From the NCBI GenBank assembly GCA_040005235.1, contig JBDTZG010000033.1, positions 1 to 57,651 on the forward strand: a DNA stretch of 57,651 bases, written 5' to 3'. Both the position numbers and the translations under genes were made by a program. Each line of letters begins with the position of its first letter. Position 1 is the stretch's first letter. The notes beneath the pieces are model-generated. The model was not told the DNA's origin, did no database searches, and saw nothing but the letters and a program-made list of their open reading frames with translations. Shown in pieces: positions 19,704-29,449 of the stretch. The stretch is from Acidobacteriota bacterium. GTDB lineage: Bacteria > Acidobacteriota > Thermoanaerobaculia > Multivoradales > UBA5704.

Positions 19704-22370
19704 CTATCCGATTCGGGCCGGGCTCGTCGTCCGCCGACCTCGCGCGAGCTTGAACGCCCAGGCCGCGCCGATTCCCAGCAGAAGCCCGCCGAGGCCGAAC
19801 GCCCAGGCGGGGAGCGGGCGCGCCGGGCGTTGAAGGGCGAGGGGCAGTGCGAACGCCGGGTCGCCCATCAGCACCAGGCCCGCCCAGGCGGCAGGAGGAA
19901 GCCCCGCCGCGGCCGCCTCGCGACGCGCCTGCCGGAGAGCCCGGCCGGCGGAGTCTCCCCGCGCGAGAGAGCGGTAGAAGCTCTTCGAAATCCTTTCGGC
20001 CTCGTCGTCCGCCAGCGGCCAGCGACTGCCGATGACGGTGGGAGCGCCCGCTTGGAAGAACGCCCGCGCGAGGCTCATCGTTCCCTCTCCGGAGACGATC
20101 GTGCCGTCGGCCGTTTGGCAGGCGGAAAGGAAGGCGAGTTTTCCCAGCAGCGGCAGCGCCACGATTTCGCGCGGCTGGAGCAGGCCGTCCGCGAGCAGGA
20201 CCGCCGAGCGATCCGGATGAGCGGCGTCGGCGATCGCATGGGCCGCGAAATGGAGCACGGCAAACGGCGCCAGGGGTGTGCGTGCGAGCCTCTCGATCGT
20301 CGCCTGCCTACCGACCCACAGCTCGCTTAAAAGGAGCTGATCTTTCACGTCTTCGCCCTCGCGCCGGGCGAAGGGCAGCGGGCTGAACCGCTCGCCTGGT
20401 GGAGGGAGAGGAGGGGCCGAAGCCCCTTGGGCCGCCGCGGCCGGGCCGGTTTGGCGGGGTTCCGGATCGGCGAGGATCAGGGCGCCACGCTCGGGGACTG
20501 ATCGGGGGCGGGTCCGCCAGTACGCGAACAGGGTGGCCGACGGGGCGATCGCCAGCTCGTAACGAAGGCCGAGCGGCGGGCTCTCCGGGCTCTCGCGGAG
20601 GGCATCCCAGGGGAGGCTGTAGAGCGCACCGTCAGGAATGATCACCAGCCGGTGAACTGCTTTGGGTAGAGTGCCAAGCGCTGGGCCGAGCAGCATCGAG
20701 CCGAGCCGGGCGGCGGCGGGCGCCTCTTTGCCGTCCCTTCGTTCGAGCAGACCGAGGAACATCGGCAGCAGCGTTTCGATCTCCGCCCGGTCGGCCAGAC
20801 GATGGACCTGGGCGCCGCCTCGGGTGATCGTGATCAGCCACGATCCACCGGCGAAATCGCCGTACAGATCGCGCCAAGAGCCGAGCTGGAACAGGAGGAG
20901 AGCCTCGTCCGGCGCCAGCGTCCGGCGCACGACGGCGAGCGGCGTCGCGACCCCGGCGAGCGAGTCCGCCTGGCGCACCGGGGCGGTGCCGGCGGCGGCG
21001 AGGCTCTCTAAGAGGAAACGGCCGCGCATCCGCTCCATCACCGCGAAGGCGCGCGGCAGGTCGGGCACCTCGCCGTCGAGCAGCCGCCCGGCGAGCCAGC
21101 GGTAGTTTTGGGTCCAGGCGGAGAACAAGCCGACGCGGCTCTCCTCCTCGGGCTGGAGGATGCGGAGCGACTCGATCGCCGACAGGGCCGCAAAGCAACT
21201 CGCGACCGCCGCTTCGCGCGGCAAGGTCCGCCAATCGACCCGCATGCGCCCCTGCCAGGAGATCGCGAGCGAGCGAGGGTCGCCGATCTCTTGCGCGGCG
21301 GCGATCGCCTGCCGGGCGAAGCTCGCCGCCTCGGCTCCTGCCGTCAGATGGGCGAGCGACCAGAGGGTGTTCGCGATCCGCTCCGGTTGCTCCAGCTTGC
21401 GCGCCAGCGCCAAGCTTTGGATGAGGATCTTTCTCGCGCTCTCGGGCCGGCCGCGAGCCCGCTCGTTTTCGCCGAGCAGTTGCAGGCTGCGCTGTGCGAT
21501 CTCTAGTGAACCCCCGGCGCGGGCGAGGACGAGCGCCTGGCGGGAGAGCGTTTCGATCTCCTCCAACCCTCCCGGTTCGGGCAGCTCTTCGAGCTGGCGC
21601 TGGCGGGTGAGCGCCAGGCTGTAGGCGCAGATCGCCTCGCCGGCCTGGTTGCGGCTGGCGCGATAGGACTCGGAAAGGCGCCGGAAGTAGGCGGCCGCCT
21701 CGTCGTAGCGCCCGAGCCGGAAGCTCAAGCCCGCCAATGCCTCCAAGCATCCCTGCTGGCGTCTGGGGGTGCCTCTCGGGAAAGCGAGCGCCTCCGCACG
21801 CTTGAGGTTGCGGCCCGCCCGGCCGAGATCGCCGCCGCTCTCCATCAACTGGTTCGCTTCGAGGATCAGAGCGAGGCCGAGCAGGTCGGGATCCTTCGTC
21901 GTTTCGGCAGCCGCCAGAGCGAGCGACGCCTGCCGGGCCGCCTCCGCCATTTCGCCGCGTCGCGACAGGATGTTTCGCAAGTTGGCTCTCGCCTTCACCT
22001 CACCCTGCGGCATTTTGAGCCGGGCGAGCTCGACGGCTGCGGCGCGGTAGAAAGCGAGGGCTTCTTCTTCCTTCCCTTGGGGGTCGTCGGACGCGATGTG
22101 GCCCCGCACCAGGAGAGCCCAGGCGAGGCCGCGCGGTCCGGGGGCCAGGAGGCCGATGCGCGCAAGCCGTGCGTCGGCCTCCTTGAATCTGTTCTCCGAC
22201 CGGGCCACCTCGTCGAAGCAGAGATAGGAGCGGTCCTCGTTCGGCGCGGCCCGCACCCGGTCGTCGCAGGCGACAAAAGAATCGGCAGCCTCCCCCGGCG
22301 TCGCCCCGTGGCCGATGGCGGCCCCGGCGAACCAGAGCGGCAAGGCCAGCCATCGGGGGACGACGGGCAT
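19704..22370 (-). CDS. TPR-CHAT (caspase-like) protease, probably exported and C-terminally membrane anchored
   Basis: TPR-like helices, IIPDGALYSLPWDAL, catalytic LHFAAH and LSACQT, GSRWPLAD, WAGLVLMGDP; hydrophobic N- and C-termini. Confidence 0.9.
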   Translation of the reverse strand: MPVVPRWLALPLWFAGAAIGHGATPGEAADSFVACDDRVRAAPNEDRSYLCFDEVARSENRFKEADARLARIGLLAPGPRGLAWALLVRGHIASDDPQGKEEEALAFYRAAAVELARLKMPQGEVKARANLRNILSRRGEMAEAARQASLALAAAETTKDPDLLGLALILEANQLMESGGDLGRAGRNLKRAEALAFPRGTPRRQQGCLEALAGLSFRLGRYDEAAAYFRRLSESYRASRNQAGEAICAYSLALTRQRQLEELPEPGGLEEIETLSRQALVLARAGGSLEIAQRSLQLLGENERARGRPESARKILIQSLALARKLEQPERIANTLWSLAHLTAGAEAASFARQAIAAAQEIGDPRSLAISWQGRMRVDWRTLPREAAVASCFAALSAIESLRILQPEEESRVGLFSAWTQNYRWLAGRLLDGEVPDLPRAFAVMERMRGRFLLESLAAAGTAPVRQADSLAGVATPLAVVRRTLAPDEALLLFQLGSWRDLYGDFAGGSWLITITRGGAQVHRLADRAEIETLLPMFLGLLERRDGKEAPAAARLGSMLLGPALGTLPKAVHRLVIIPDGALYSLPWDALRESPESPPLGLRYELAIAPSATLFAYWRTRPRSVPERGALILADPEPRQTGPAAAAQGASAPPLPPPGERFSPLPFARREGEDVKDQLLLSELWVGRQATIERLARTPLAPFAVLHFAAHAIADAAHPDRSAVLLADGLLQPREIVALPLLGKLAFLSACQTADGTIVSGEGTMSLARAFFQAGAPTVIGSRWPLADDEAERISKSFYRSLARGDSAGRALRQARREAAAAGLPPAAWAGLVLMGDPAFALPLALQRPARPLPAWAFGLGGLLLGIGAAWAFKLARGRRTTSPARIG

Positions 22371-22388
22371 AGGCCGCGAAGCGGAAAG

Positions 22389-22958
22389 CTAGCGCTCGCC
22401 CGGAGCGAGCAGGTCGCGGATCACGTCGCAACCGCCGCCGCAATCGCGCTCCGTCATGTGCGGCGGCGGCGGATCGCCCATGTTGGCGATGGGGCATTGC
22501 GCCGTCGTGATCGCCAGGCTGTCGGCGGCCTCGGACTGAATTTCGGCCGAAAAGACCGGACCACTCAACAAATTGTCGACCCCGGTCTCGATTACCGCGA
22601 TCGCGCGGATGTAGAGAAACGGCCGGCTGCCGAGCAGGTTGGCGGCGCGCAGCACGAGGTGGAGGGGAACGCCGGGCCGCAGCGTGGCGGTGCGGAATCC
22701 GAGCAGCGTCCCGCGGTCGTCACGTAGCTCGATGCGGGCGGTCGAAGGATGGGTTCCCGTGCGGCCGGCGTCGACCAGGTGGAGCCGCACGGTCTGCCGC
22801 GGCGAAAGGGTGAAGATGCCGGTCGAGGCCGTGGTGCGGATGCGATCCTGAGCCAGGGACGCGGTCGACGCTCCGAGCGCGAGCAGCAGGCCGATCAGCA
22901 GCGCACGTCGAAGCCGAGGGGCGAAGAGAGAGAAGGTATTCATGGTTCGAGTCTCCAT
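22389..22958 (-). CDS. Secreted hypothetical protein
   Basis: Signal peptide (…ASTASLA-QD), beta-rich body and a Cys-containing tail. Start may be 22943. Confidence 0.75.
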   Translation of the reverse strand: METRTMNTFSLFAPRLRRALLIGLLLALGASTASLAQDRIRTTASTGIFTLSPRQTVRLHLVDAGRTGTHPSTARIELRDDRGTLLGFRTATLRPGVPLHLVLRAANLLGSRPFLYIRAIAVIETGVDNLLSGPVFSAEIQSEAADSLAITTAQCPIANMGDPPPPHMTERDCGGGCDVIRDLLAPGER

Positions 22959-22979
22959 AGTTCTAGCGGTCTGCTCTTC

Positions 22980-23008
22980 GAACGCGTTCCATGCGGCAAT
23001 TCCCTCAC
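22980..23008 (-). promoter_or_regulatory. Putative ECF promoter GTGAGGG-N17-CGTTC
   Basis: GTGAGGGAAT-tgccgcatggaacg-CGTTC; same motif and spacing as at 29450-29478. Confidence 0.6.
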
Positions 23009-23022
23009 CTCTCCCTTAAGGT

Positions 23023-23775
23023 TCATCGGGAGATCGCGACCTCATAGGCGGGCGAGGCGACCGTTCGTCCATCGGCGGTCCGGCCTTCGACCTGCCAGAG
23101 AAGGCGGGTGCCCGCCGGAAAAGCCGCGAGCGCGCTTTCGGGCACCTGGTACGACGGCTTCTCGAGATGGCGGCCCTCGGCGACCGGCCCGAGATCCGCG
23201 GTGGTCACCCGCACGGTGTAGCAGCGGACTTCCGCGTCGGGCAGCGGCACCCAGACCAGGCGAAACGCGCTGCGAGGAAGCGACGCGCCGTCCGAAATCG
23301 TCGCCGAGAGGGCGGAGTTGCCGCCGCGCAGCCCCGGCGGGGGGGCGTGCATTCTCGTCCAGACGCTGAACCCGATCGTCGCCGCGAGCACCGCGGCGAT
23401 CGCCAGAAGGGTCCGGCGCGCGAAGAAGCGCCGCGGCGCGGGGGCGGCGACGCGGAACGGAATGACCTCGCCGGAAGGCTGCTCGTCGATCTCTTGCGCC
23501 TCGAACGCCGCTTCCTCGTCTTCTTGAGCGCCTTTGGCCTCGGCGCGCTGGAGCTCGACCGCGAGACGCCAGATCTCTGCGGCGGCGGCGCTGGTCGCCA
23601 CCTGGTCGATCACCGCGCGGCGCTCCTCTTCGGGCAGCTCGCCTGCGGCGGCGAGGTAGATCCGCTCGGCGTCGATCTCCTCGCCTTCGGTATTGGAGGG
23701 GGAGGAGGAGAGAGAGTCGTCGTAGGTGGCAAAAGCGCGGCGCAGGCGCTCGATCCCCGGGGCGTTTTCGATCAT
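23023..23775 (-). CDS. Membrane-bound anti-sigma-like protein
   Basis: ATGA-coupled to the ECF. Degenerate zf-HC-like N-terminus (GELPEEERRAVIDQVATS), one TM helix, LRG motif, beta-sandwich C-terminus. Confidence 0.8.
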   Translation of the reverse strand: MIENAPGIERLRRAFATYDDSLSSSPSNTEGEEIDAERIYLAAAGELPEEERRAVIDQVATSAAAAEIWRLAVELQRAEAKGAQEDEEAAFEAQEIDEQPSGEVIPFRVAAPAPRRFFARRTLLAIAAVLAATIGFSVWTRMHAPPPGLRGGNSALSATISDGASLPRSAFRLVWVPLPDAEVRCYTVRVTTADLGPVAEGRHLEKPSYQVPESALAAFPAGTRLLWQVEGRTADGRTVASPAYEVAISR

Positions 23776-24338
23776 GGCGCAAGCCCCTTGTCGGTGAGGC
23801 AGCGTCGCAGGTCGGAAAGGCCGCGGTAGACCAGATTCTCGGTCCGCTTCGCCGTCCAGGCGAGCAGGCGCGAGGCGTCGGGCACGCCGTGTCCTTGCAG
23901 ATAGAGCGTCACGGCGAGCCGCCGGTCGCGGACCAGGTCTCCCAGGCAATCGCGGATGCCGCGGCCCACTTCCGCCGCGGCGGAAGTCGCCCCCGGGTCG
24001 GGGGTTTGGGCGGGGATCGCGGCGTGCTCGCTTTCAGATTCTTCCAGGCTCACTTCGTGCCTCCTTCTCCGGGCGCGGATCTCGTCCACGAGAGCGCTGT
24101 GCGCCACCCGGTACAGGTAAGACGAAGAAAGCTCGACCATTCCCTCACGTCGGCGGGAAAGTTCCATCACTTTGATCAAAGCCGCCTGGACCAGATCGTC
24201 GCGCCGATCCGCCAGCCACCCTGGACACACCTTGGCGACCGCCTTGGTCAAATCGTTACGCAGCCGGGCATAGTCCGGCTCGGCGTACGACGTTTCCGGA
24301 AGTCTGGGGGCCGGGCCTGGGGACGAACGATCTGGCAC
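23772..24338 (-). CDS. ECF RNA polymerase sigma factor (CHAT-associated)
   Basis: DDLVQAALIK, SYLYRVAHSALVDEIR, region 4 ...ENLVYRGLSDLRRCL. Start uncertain. Confidence 0.9.
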   Translation of the reverse strand: MPDRSSPGPAPRLPETSYAEPDYARLRNDLTKAVAKVCPGWLADRRDDLVQAALIKVMELSRRREGMVELSSSYLYRVAHSALVDEIRARRRRHEVSLEESESEHAAIPAQTPDPGATSAAAEVGRGIRDCLGDLVRDRRLAVTLYLQGHGVPDASRLLAWTAKRTENLVYRGLSDLRRCLTDKGLAP

Positions 24339-24525
24339 GAATTGCCCTCACGAAAGGACGGCGGAAGAGAACGGCCGGGAGCGTAACACAGCGGTTTCGG
24401 AGGGCGGTGGGGCTGGCTGGTGCCCCCCGCGAAGGATTTCCGCCGCCCGCGCATCCAACCCTCCGAACCGCCGCCGCGGGGAGCGATGCCTTCCCGCGGC
24501 GCCTTGAGGAAGGAAGGGAACAGCC

Positions 24526-25263
24526 ATGACGACCCAGGGTACCCAAGTCTTTCGATCCCTACGGACTCTGATCCTCGCCGGTGCGATCTTCGCTCCGGCC
24601 GGTGTTGCCGCCCAGACGTTCACCACCGATTTCGACCTGGACCGCTGCACGTTCGCCGCGTTCGGCCGCCACAATCCCTACTTCAGCCTGAAGCCGGGCG
24701 ACCGGTCGACGCTCTCCGGGGAGGAGGACGGCACGGCGGTCGAAGTGAAGATCACCGTGCTGGATCGCTTCAAGGTCATCACCCTGGTAACGCCCGGCGG
24801 AGCGACCCGGCGGGTGCGCGCCCGGGTGATCGAAGAGCGCGAGACGGACGACGGCGATCTGATCGAGGTGTCGCGCAACTGGTTCGCCCGCTGCGTCGAG
24901 ACGAACGACGTGTTCTACTTCGGGGAGGACGTCGACATCATAGAGGGCGGCCAGGTGGTTCGCCACGACGGGTCGTGGGAGGCGGGAAAAAACGGCGCCC
25001 AGCCAGGGATCGTGATCCCGGCTCGCTTTCTGCTCGGTTCGCGGTACTACCAGGAACAGGCCTTGCCGGTCGCGGCGGATCGCTCGGAGCACGTCGGGAT
25101 GAGCCTCGATGTCGCAGCGGCGGGTACGACGTTCCACAAATGTGTTGCGGTCACCGAGACTTCACCTTTGACGCCCGGCGAGGAAGAGTCGAAGGTCTAC
25201 TGCCCGGGAGTGGGATTGGTCAAGGACGATACGATCACCCTGTCTGATTTCGACCGTCCGTAG
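24526..25263 (+). CDS. Secreted hypothetical protein
   Basis: Signal peptide; NPYFSLKPG, WFA....DVFYFGEDV, GSWEAG..GAQPG, YYQE, K.YCPGVGLV motifs. Confidence 0.8.
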   Translation: MTTQGTQVFRSLRTLILAGAIFAPAGVAAQTFTTDFDLDRCTFAAFGRHNPYFSLKPGDRSTLSGEEDGTAVEVKITVLDRFKVITLVTPGGATRRVRARVIEERETDDGDLIEVSRNWFARCVETNDVFYFGEDVDIIEGGQVVRHDGSWEAGKNGAQPGIVIPARFLLGSRYYQEQALPVAADRSEHVGMSLDVAAAGTTFHKCVAVTETSPLTPGEEESKVYCPGVGLVKDDTITLSDFDRP

Positions 25264-25296
25264 GGGAACGAAGCGTAGGGAGGAACGAAGCGGACG

Positions 25297-25971
25297 ATGA
25301 GCGAAGGAGGCGCGGGCGGACAGGCGGTGACGGTCCATTTCGAGGACCGGTCGCTTGCCGCGCGGATGCGCGCGGGGGACGAGGTCGCGTTGGCGATTTT
25401 CGCGGAGCGCTGCTTCGGACCGCTCTACCGCTTCGCGGCCTCGCGGCTCGCCGGAGATCCCGAGCTGACCTCGGAGATCGTCCAGACGACGATCGCCAAG
25501 GCGCTCGCGAACCTCGCCGGCTACCGCGGCGAGGCGGCGCTGCTCACCTGGTTGTGCGCCTGTTGTACGAACGAGATTCGCATGCATTTCCGGCGGCGGG
25601 CCAGCGCGCCGGATGAGGTGGAGCTGGCCGAGGATCAGGCGCCCTCGGCCGGCTTTTACGGCGTACCGAAGGAAGATGCAGAGGCGGATCTGCAGCGGAA
25701 GGAAGTGGCGCTCCAGGTTCACATGGCGCTCGACGGCTTGCCCGAGCACTATGCCCGGGCGCTCGAATGGAAGTACCTGGAACGGCTGAGCGTGGCCGAG
25801 ATCGCGGCGCGGATAGGGTTAGAGGGGAAGGCGGCGGAATCGCTTCTCACCCGCGCCCGGCAGGCGTTTCGGGCGAGCTACGGGCGGGCGGGCGCCGCGG
25901 TTCAAGCTGCGGAACCGACCGATGGGAACGAAGGGAAGGTCGAACATGGACGAACGAGAACCTCGGTTTGA
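25297..25971 (+). CDS. ECF RNA polymerase sigma factor (FecI-like context)
   Basis: EIVQTT, YRGEAALLTWL, L..LPEHY..ALEWKY....SVAEIA......KAAESLLTRARQAFR. Confidence 0.9.
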   Translation: MSEGGAGGQAVTVHFEDRSLAARMRAGDEVALAIFAERCFGPLYRFAASRLAGDPELTSEIVQTTIAKALANLAGYRGEAALLTWLCACCTNEIRMHFRRRASAPDEVELAEDQAPSAGFYGVPKEDAEADLQRKEVALQVHMALDGLPEHYARALEWKYLERLSVAEIAARIGLEGKAAESLLTRARQAFRASYGRAGAAVQAAEPTDGNEGKVEHGRTRTSV

Positions 25972-27004
25972 CGCGGCGCCCCCCGAGGGCGATGGGGACG
26001 ACGAGGCGATGGGAGCGCGGATCGCCGCGGCGGGACCGCGTTCCCCGATCCTGCCCGAGGCGCTCGCGGCCCTTCAGGAAACCGCGCGCGCCGCGCTGGG
26101 CCTGGCGAAGACGCCGGCCGAGGCGAGCGCGCCAAGGGTCCGTCCGATCGGCCGGCGGTGGCGCCTCGCGGCGGCGGCCGCGGTTTTTCTCGCGATCGGT
26201 TTCGGCTGGTTTACGTTTCGTACTTTGGCCCCCTCTCGCGCGATGCCGGTGGCGGAGGTCGAAGCCGCGACCGGTCCGCTGGAGCTCGAGATCGGCAAGG
26301 GGTATTGGCGCTCGGTGCGCGTGGGCGAACGGCTGTCCAAAGACGCGCGGTTGCGCACCGGCAGCGGATCGCGCGCCTCGCTTCGCCTGACCCAGGGGGC
26401 GATCGTGCGCCTCGATGCCGAGAGCCAGGTGTGGTTTCTAGGGGCGGCGGTGGTCGGCTTGGAGCGCGGCGGGATCTACGCCGACACGGGGACCGCCAAG
26501 CCAACCGGTCCAGCGCTCGAAGTGAAGACGCCGCTCTGCACCGTCCGCCACCTCGGCACCCAGTTTGAAGTCCGGTGGATCGATGCGGTCCCTTCGGCTC
26601 TCCGAGTGCGGGTGCGCGAGGGGTCGGTCGAAGTCGAGGGGGAGGGACGAACCGAACGGGCCGCAGCGGGCGAGGAGCTGTCCGTGCTTCGCGGCGGCGG
26701 GGTGACGCGGGCTCGGATCGCCGGTTTCGGCGCGGACTGGGAATGGACGATGGACGCCGCGGGTCGCCTGGAGATCGAAGGACGCGACCTCGGGCAATTG
26801 CTCGACCGCGTTGGACGCGAGACCGGCTGGCAGGTCCGCTTCGCCGATCCCGAGATCGAATCCTCCGCGCGGCGGATCGTGCTCCATGGCGGCGTCGGCG
26901 CCCTCCGGCCCGACCAGGCGGCGTTCGCGATCCTCGCGGGCGCCGGCTTCGAAGGCAAGCTCGATCAAGGGGTGCTGGTCGTTCGGCTCAAAACTCCCAG
27001 TTGA
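25946..27004 (+). CDS. FecR family anti-sigma/transducer
   Basis: TM helix, LRTG.GSRASL.L..G..VRLDAES, VRHLGTQFEVR, VRVREGSV. Confidence 0.88.
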   Translation: MDEREPRFDAAPPEGDGDDEAMGARIAAAGPRSPILPEALAALQETARAALGLAKTPAEASAPRVRPIGRRWRLAAAAAVFLAIGFGWFTFRTLAPSRAMPVAEVEAATGPLELEIGKGYWRSVRVGERLSKDARLRTGSGSRASLRLTQGAIVRLDAESQVWFLGAAVVGLERGGIYADTGTAKPTGPALEVKTPLCTVRHLGTQFEVRWIDAVPSALRVRVREGSVEVEGEGRTERAAAGEELSVLRGGGVTRARIAGFGADWEWTMDAAGRLEIEGRDLGQLLDRVGRETGWQVRFADPEIESSARRIVLHGGVGALRPDQAAFAILAGAGFEGKLDQGVLVVRLKTPS

Positions 27005-29396
27005 TCCCGAGCGAGGGGAAGATGCCGGCCCAGTGTTCCTTCACCAGGTCGAACGATTCCGCCTCGGCGTCCACCTGGAGGTCGAACCCGCCCAGGTTCT
27101 GCCGATCGTAGAGGTTCTGCACGTCGACGAAGAAGGTGAGCCGGCCGCGGCGCCGCTCCCAGCTTCGGCTCGCCCGCAGGTCGAGTCGGTGGTAGGGGGG
27201 CAGCCGCTTGCTGTTCAAGCGGCCGAACACGACCGCGAAGGTCGCCTCTTCCGGATCGTCGGGGTCGGCGACGAGCTGGCCGGACACCGGCGTGGTCGGC
27301 CAGCCGGTGTGCGCCTTCCAGGCGAGGTTCAAATTCCACGCCCTGGGGAGCCGGATGTTCAAGTCGAGGGTGAGCGCGTGCGGCTGGTCGAGCGAGCGCG
27401 GCACGGTTGCGGCCGGATCGCGGGAGTTGGCCGCCAGGCGATCTTCGATCCGCGAGAACGAGTAGGCCACCCACCCTTCGAGCCGTTCGCCGCGCCGGCC
27501 GTGGAGCAGCAGCTCGACCCCGAAAGCGGTGCTGTCGAGCGGCGCGATCCGCGCCCGGTCGGGCTCCGCCTCTTGGAAAACGTTCAGCGGTTCGAGCAGG
27601 TTTTCAAACCGGGCGCGCGGGTGTTCGACGTCGCGGCGATACAGCTCGATCCGAAATCCGTCGAACCCCGCGCGATTCGCCGGGGGGACCACCTCGTAGC
27701 CCAGCACCGACTGCCGGGAAAGCTCCGCCCGGGAGAGCGTGCTCTCGCCGTCTTCGACCTGGAGCTCGTACGGTCGCTGGCTCTGGAAAAAGCGGCCCCA
27801 CCCGGCGCGTAGCACGCCGCGGCTGCCGAGCCGCCAGGCCAGGTTGATTCGCGGGCTCCAAAGCGTGTCGTCGGTCGCCGTGTGCCGGTCGTAGCGGCCG
27901 CCGATCTCGGCGGTGATCTGTCCCAAGGTGAAGCGGTCGCTCACCCAGGTCCCCAGATGGTCGCCGCGCAGCGGGCCGTGGAGCGTATGGACCGTCCGCC
28001 GCGGGGTGGAAAACGGCGTGATCACCGGAAAATCGAGGTCGAGATCCTTGGCGTAATCGAACGTCGCGTCGTAACGGCGCGCCTCCCAGCCTCCTTCCGG
28101 TTGATGCCGGGCGGTGCCGGGATCGAAGCTCCAGGATTGGCTGAGGGCGATCACGCGGAGGTCCCGCCGGTCGGTCAAGTCGAACCGGCTGTCGTCGTCC
28201 AGCGTGCGGTCCTGGCGGTCGCGCTCGATCCGCGCCCATGAGGAGGAGGTTTCGATCAAAGTTCGTGTCCCCGGTGTGGCCTGATGGGTGAGCCAGCCTT
28301 GCGTGCTCCGGTAGTCGTTGTCCAGGTGGTCAGAGGTCTCGCCATCCACCCGGTCGATCTGGAGCCCATCCCCGGCGGTGAGCAAGTGGGCGGCGAGCGG
28401 GCCGATCGGGGTCTCGACCTCCGCCTTGGCGAACAGGTCCCAAAACGTTGGGTGCTCGTTGCCGATCGCTTGGGCCGCGAGGTCGATCGCACCGCGCCGA
28501 GCGGACACGAACCAGCCCCCCGGCTCGGTCGCCTCGGCCGGATCGTCCGGCGCGCGAACAAATCGGCCCGCGCTCGAAACCTGCGCGTCGAGCACGCTCA
28601 ACCCCAGCACGGTGCGTCTTGGAGTCGACGGCGGAAGCGTCCGCAGGTCGAGCACGCCGCTCATATGGTCGCCTTGGCTCACCGGAAACGCGCCGGTCGA
28701 GAGCGTTGCGCTCGCGAGATTCTTCGCCGGCACCAAAGAGAGCGCGCCATCGTAGTCCTTCAGATGGTAGGCCTCGAACAGCTCCTGACCGTCGAGCGAG
28801 ATCTTCACCTCGTCGCGCCGGCCGCCGTGGACGCTGAATTGCGCGGAGATGTCGTTCGCGGCGACCCCGGGCAACAGGGCCAGCGTGCGCGAAAGGTCGC
28901 CGCCGAGCTGGGGCAGCCTCTCGATCTCTTCGCGCCCCAGGGCGAGCGAGGAGTCCGGGTGCTCGTCGAGCAGTGAGATCCGGCTCGAGCGGACGACGAT
29001 CTCTTCGGAAAACGAAGGCTGGGGCGGCGCGGCAGGCTCGACTCTCGGCGGGTCTTCTGACCGAGCCGGGATGCCGCCCGCTCCTTGCCGCGCCACGATC
29101 ACCCACACGCCGCCCGGCGCCTGCTCCGCGGCAAGTCCGTGGGGCGCCAACAGCTGATCGAGAATCGCGCGCGGCCGGTGTGCGGTCGGTTCCGCCACGA
29201 CTCTCATTTCGGGCCGGACCCGTTGGTCGGAAAAAACCAGTGCGAGCCCCTGCGCTTCCAGGACGCGCAGGGCGTCGGCGAGCGAGCGGCCGGCGAAATG
29301 CGGCGCCGCGGGGGAGTCGGCCAGGGCGTAGGCCGACCCGGTCGCCAGAATCAGGACGACCCCGAGAGCCCGAACGCATGCCGTCGATGACGTCAT
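26988..29396 (-). CDS. TonB-dependent receptor with N-terminal STN signalling domain
   Basis: SLADALR.L STN, EEIVV TonB box, plug LPGV..VHGG, SPRINL, YHRLDLR, VQNLYD, C-terminal Phe. Confidence 0.92.
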   Translation of the reverse strand: MTSSTACVRALGVVLILATGSAYALADSPAAPHFAGRSLADALRVLEAQGLALVFSDQRVRPEMRVVAEPTAHRPRAILDQLLAPHGLAAEQAPGGVWVIVARQGAGGIPARSEDPPRVEPAAPPQPSFSEEIVVRSSRISLLDEHPDSSLALGREEIERLPQLGGDLSRTLALLPGVAANDISAQFSVHGGRRDEVKISLDGQELFEAYHLKDYDGALSLVPAKNLASATLSTGAFPVSQGDHMSGVLDLRTLPPSTPRRTVLGLSVLDAQVSSAGRFVRAPDDPAEATEPGGWFVSARRGAIDLAAQAIGNEHPTFWDLFAKAEVETPIGPLAAHLLTAGDGLQIDRVDGETSDHLDNDYRSTQGWLTHQATPGTRTLIETSSSWARIERDRQDRTLDDDSRFDLTDRRDLRVIALSQSWSFDPGTARHQPEGGWEARRYDATFDYAKDLDLDFPVITPFSTPRRTVHTLHGPLRGDHLGTWVSDRFTLGQITAEIGGRYDRHTATDDTLWSPRINLAWRLGSRGVLRAGWGRFFQSQRPYELQVEDGESTLSRAELSRQSVLGYEVVPPANRAGFDGFRIELYRRDVEHPRARFENLLEPLNVFQEAEPDRARIAPLDSTAFGVELLLHGRRGERLEGWVAYSFSRIEDRLAANSRDPAATVPRSLDQPHALTLDLNIRLPRAWNLNLAWKAHTGWPTTPVSGQLVADPDDPEEATFAVVFGRLNSKRLPPYHRLDLRASRSWERRRGRLTFFVDVQNLYDRQNLGGFDLQVDAEAESFDLVKEHWAGIFPSLGINWEF

Positions 29397-29449
29397 CGGT
29401 ACCCCTCCACACCACGAAATCCCTTCCGCGAGCCGAATCTTACGCCGGG

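Noticed and set aside
19704-22370. Type III-E CRISPR Craspase locus
   Set aside because: No Cas7-11, Csx30/31 or array; the CHAT appears exported and membrane anchored.
24325-24351. Third GTGAGGG...CGTTC motif at the CHAT-ECF start (autoregulation)
   Set aside because: The spacer is 15 rather than 17 bp and the motif overlaps the putative start codon; too weak to call.
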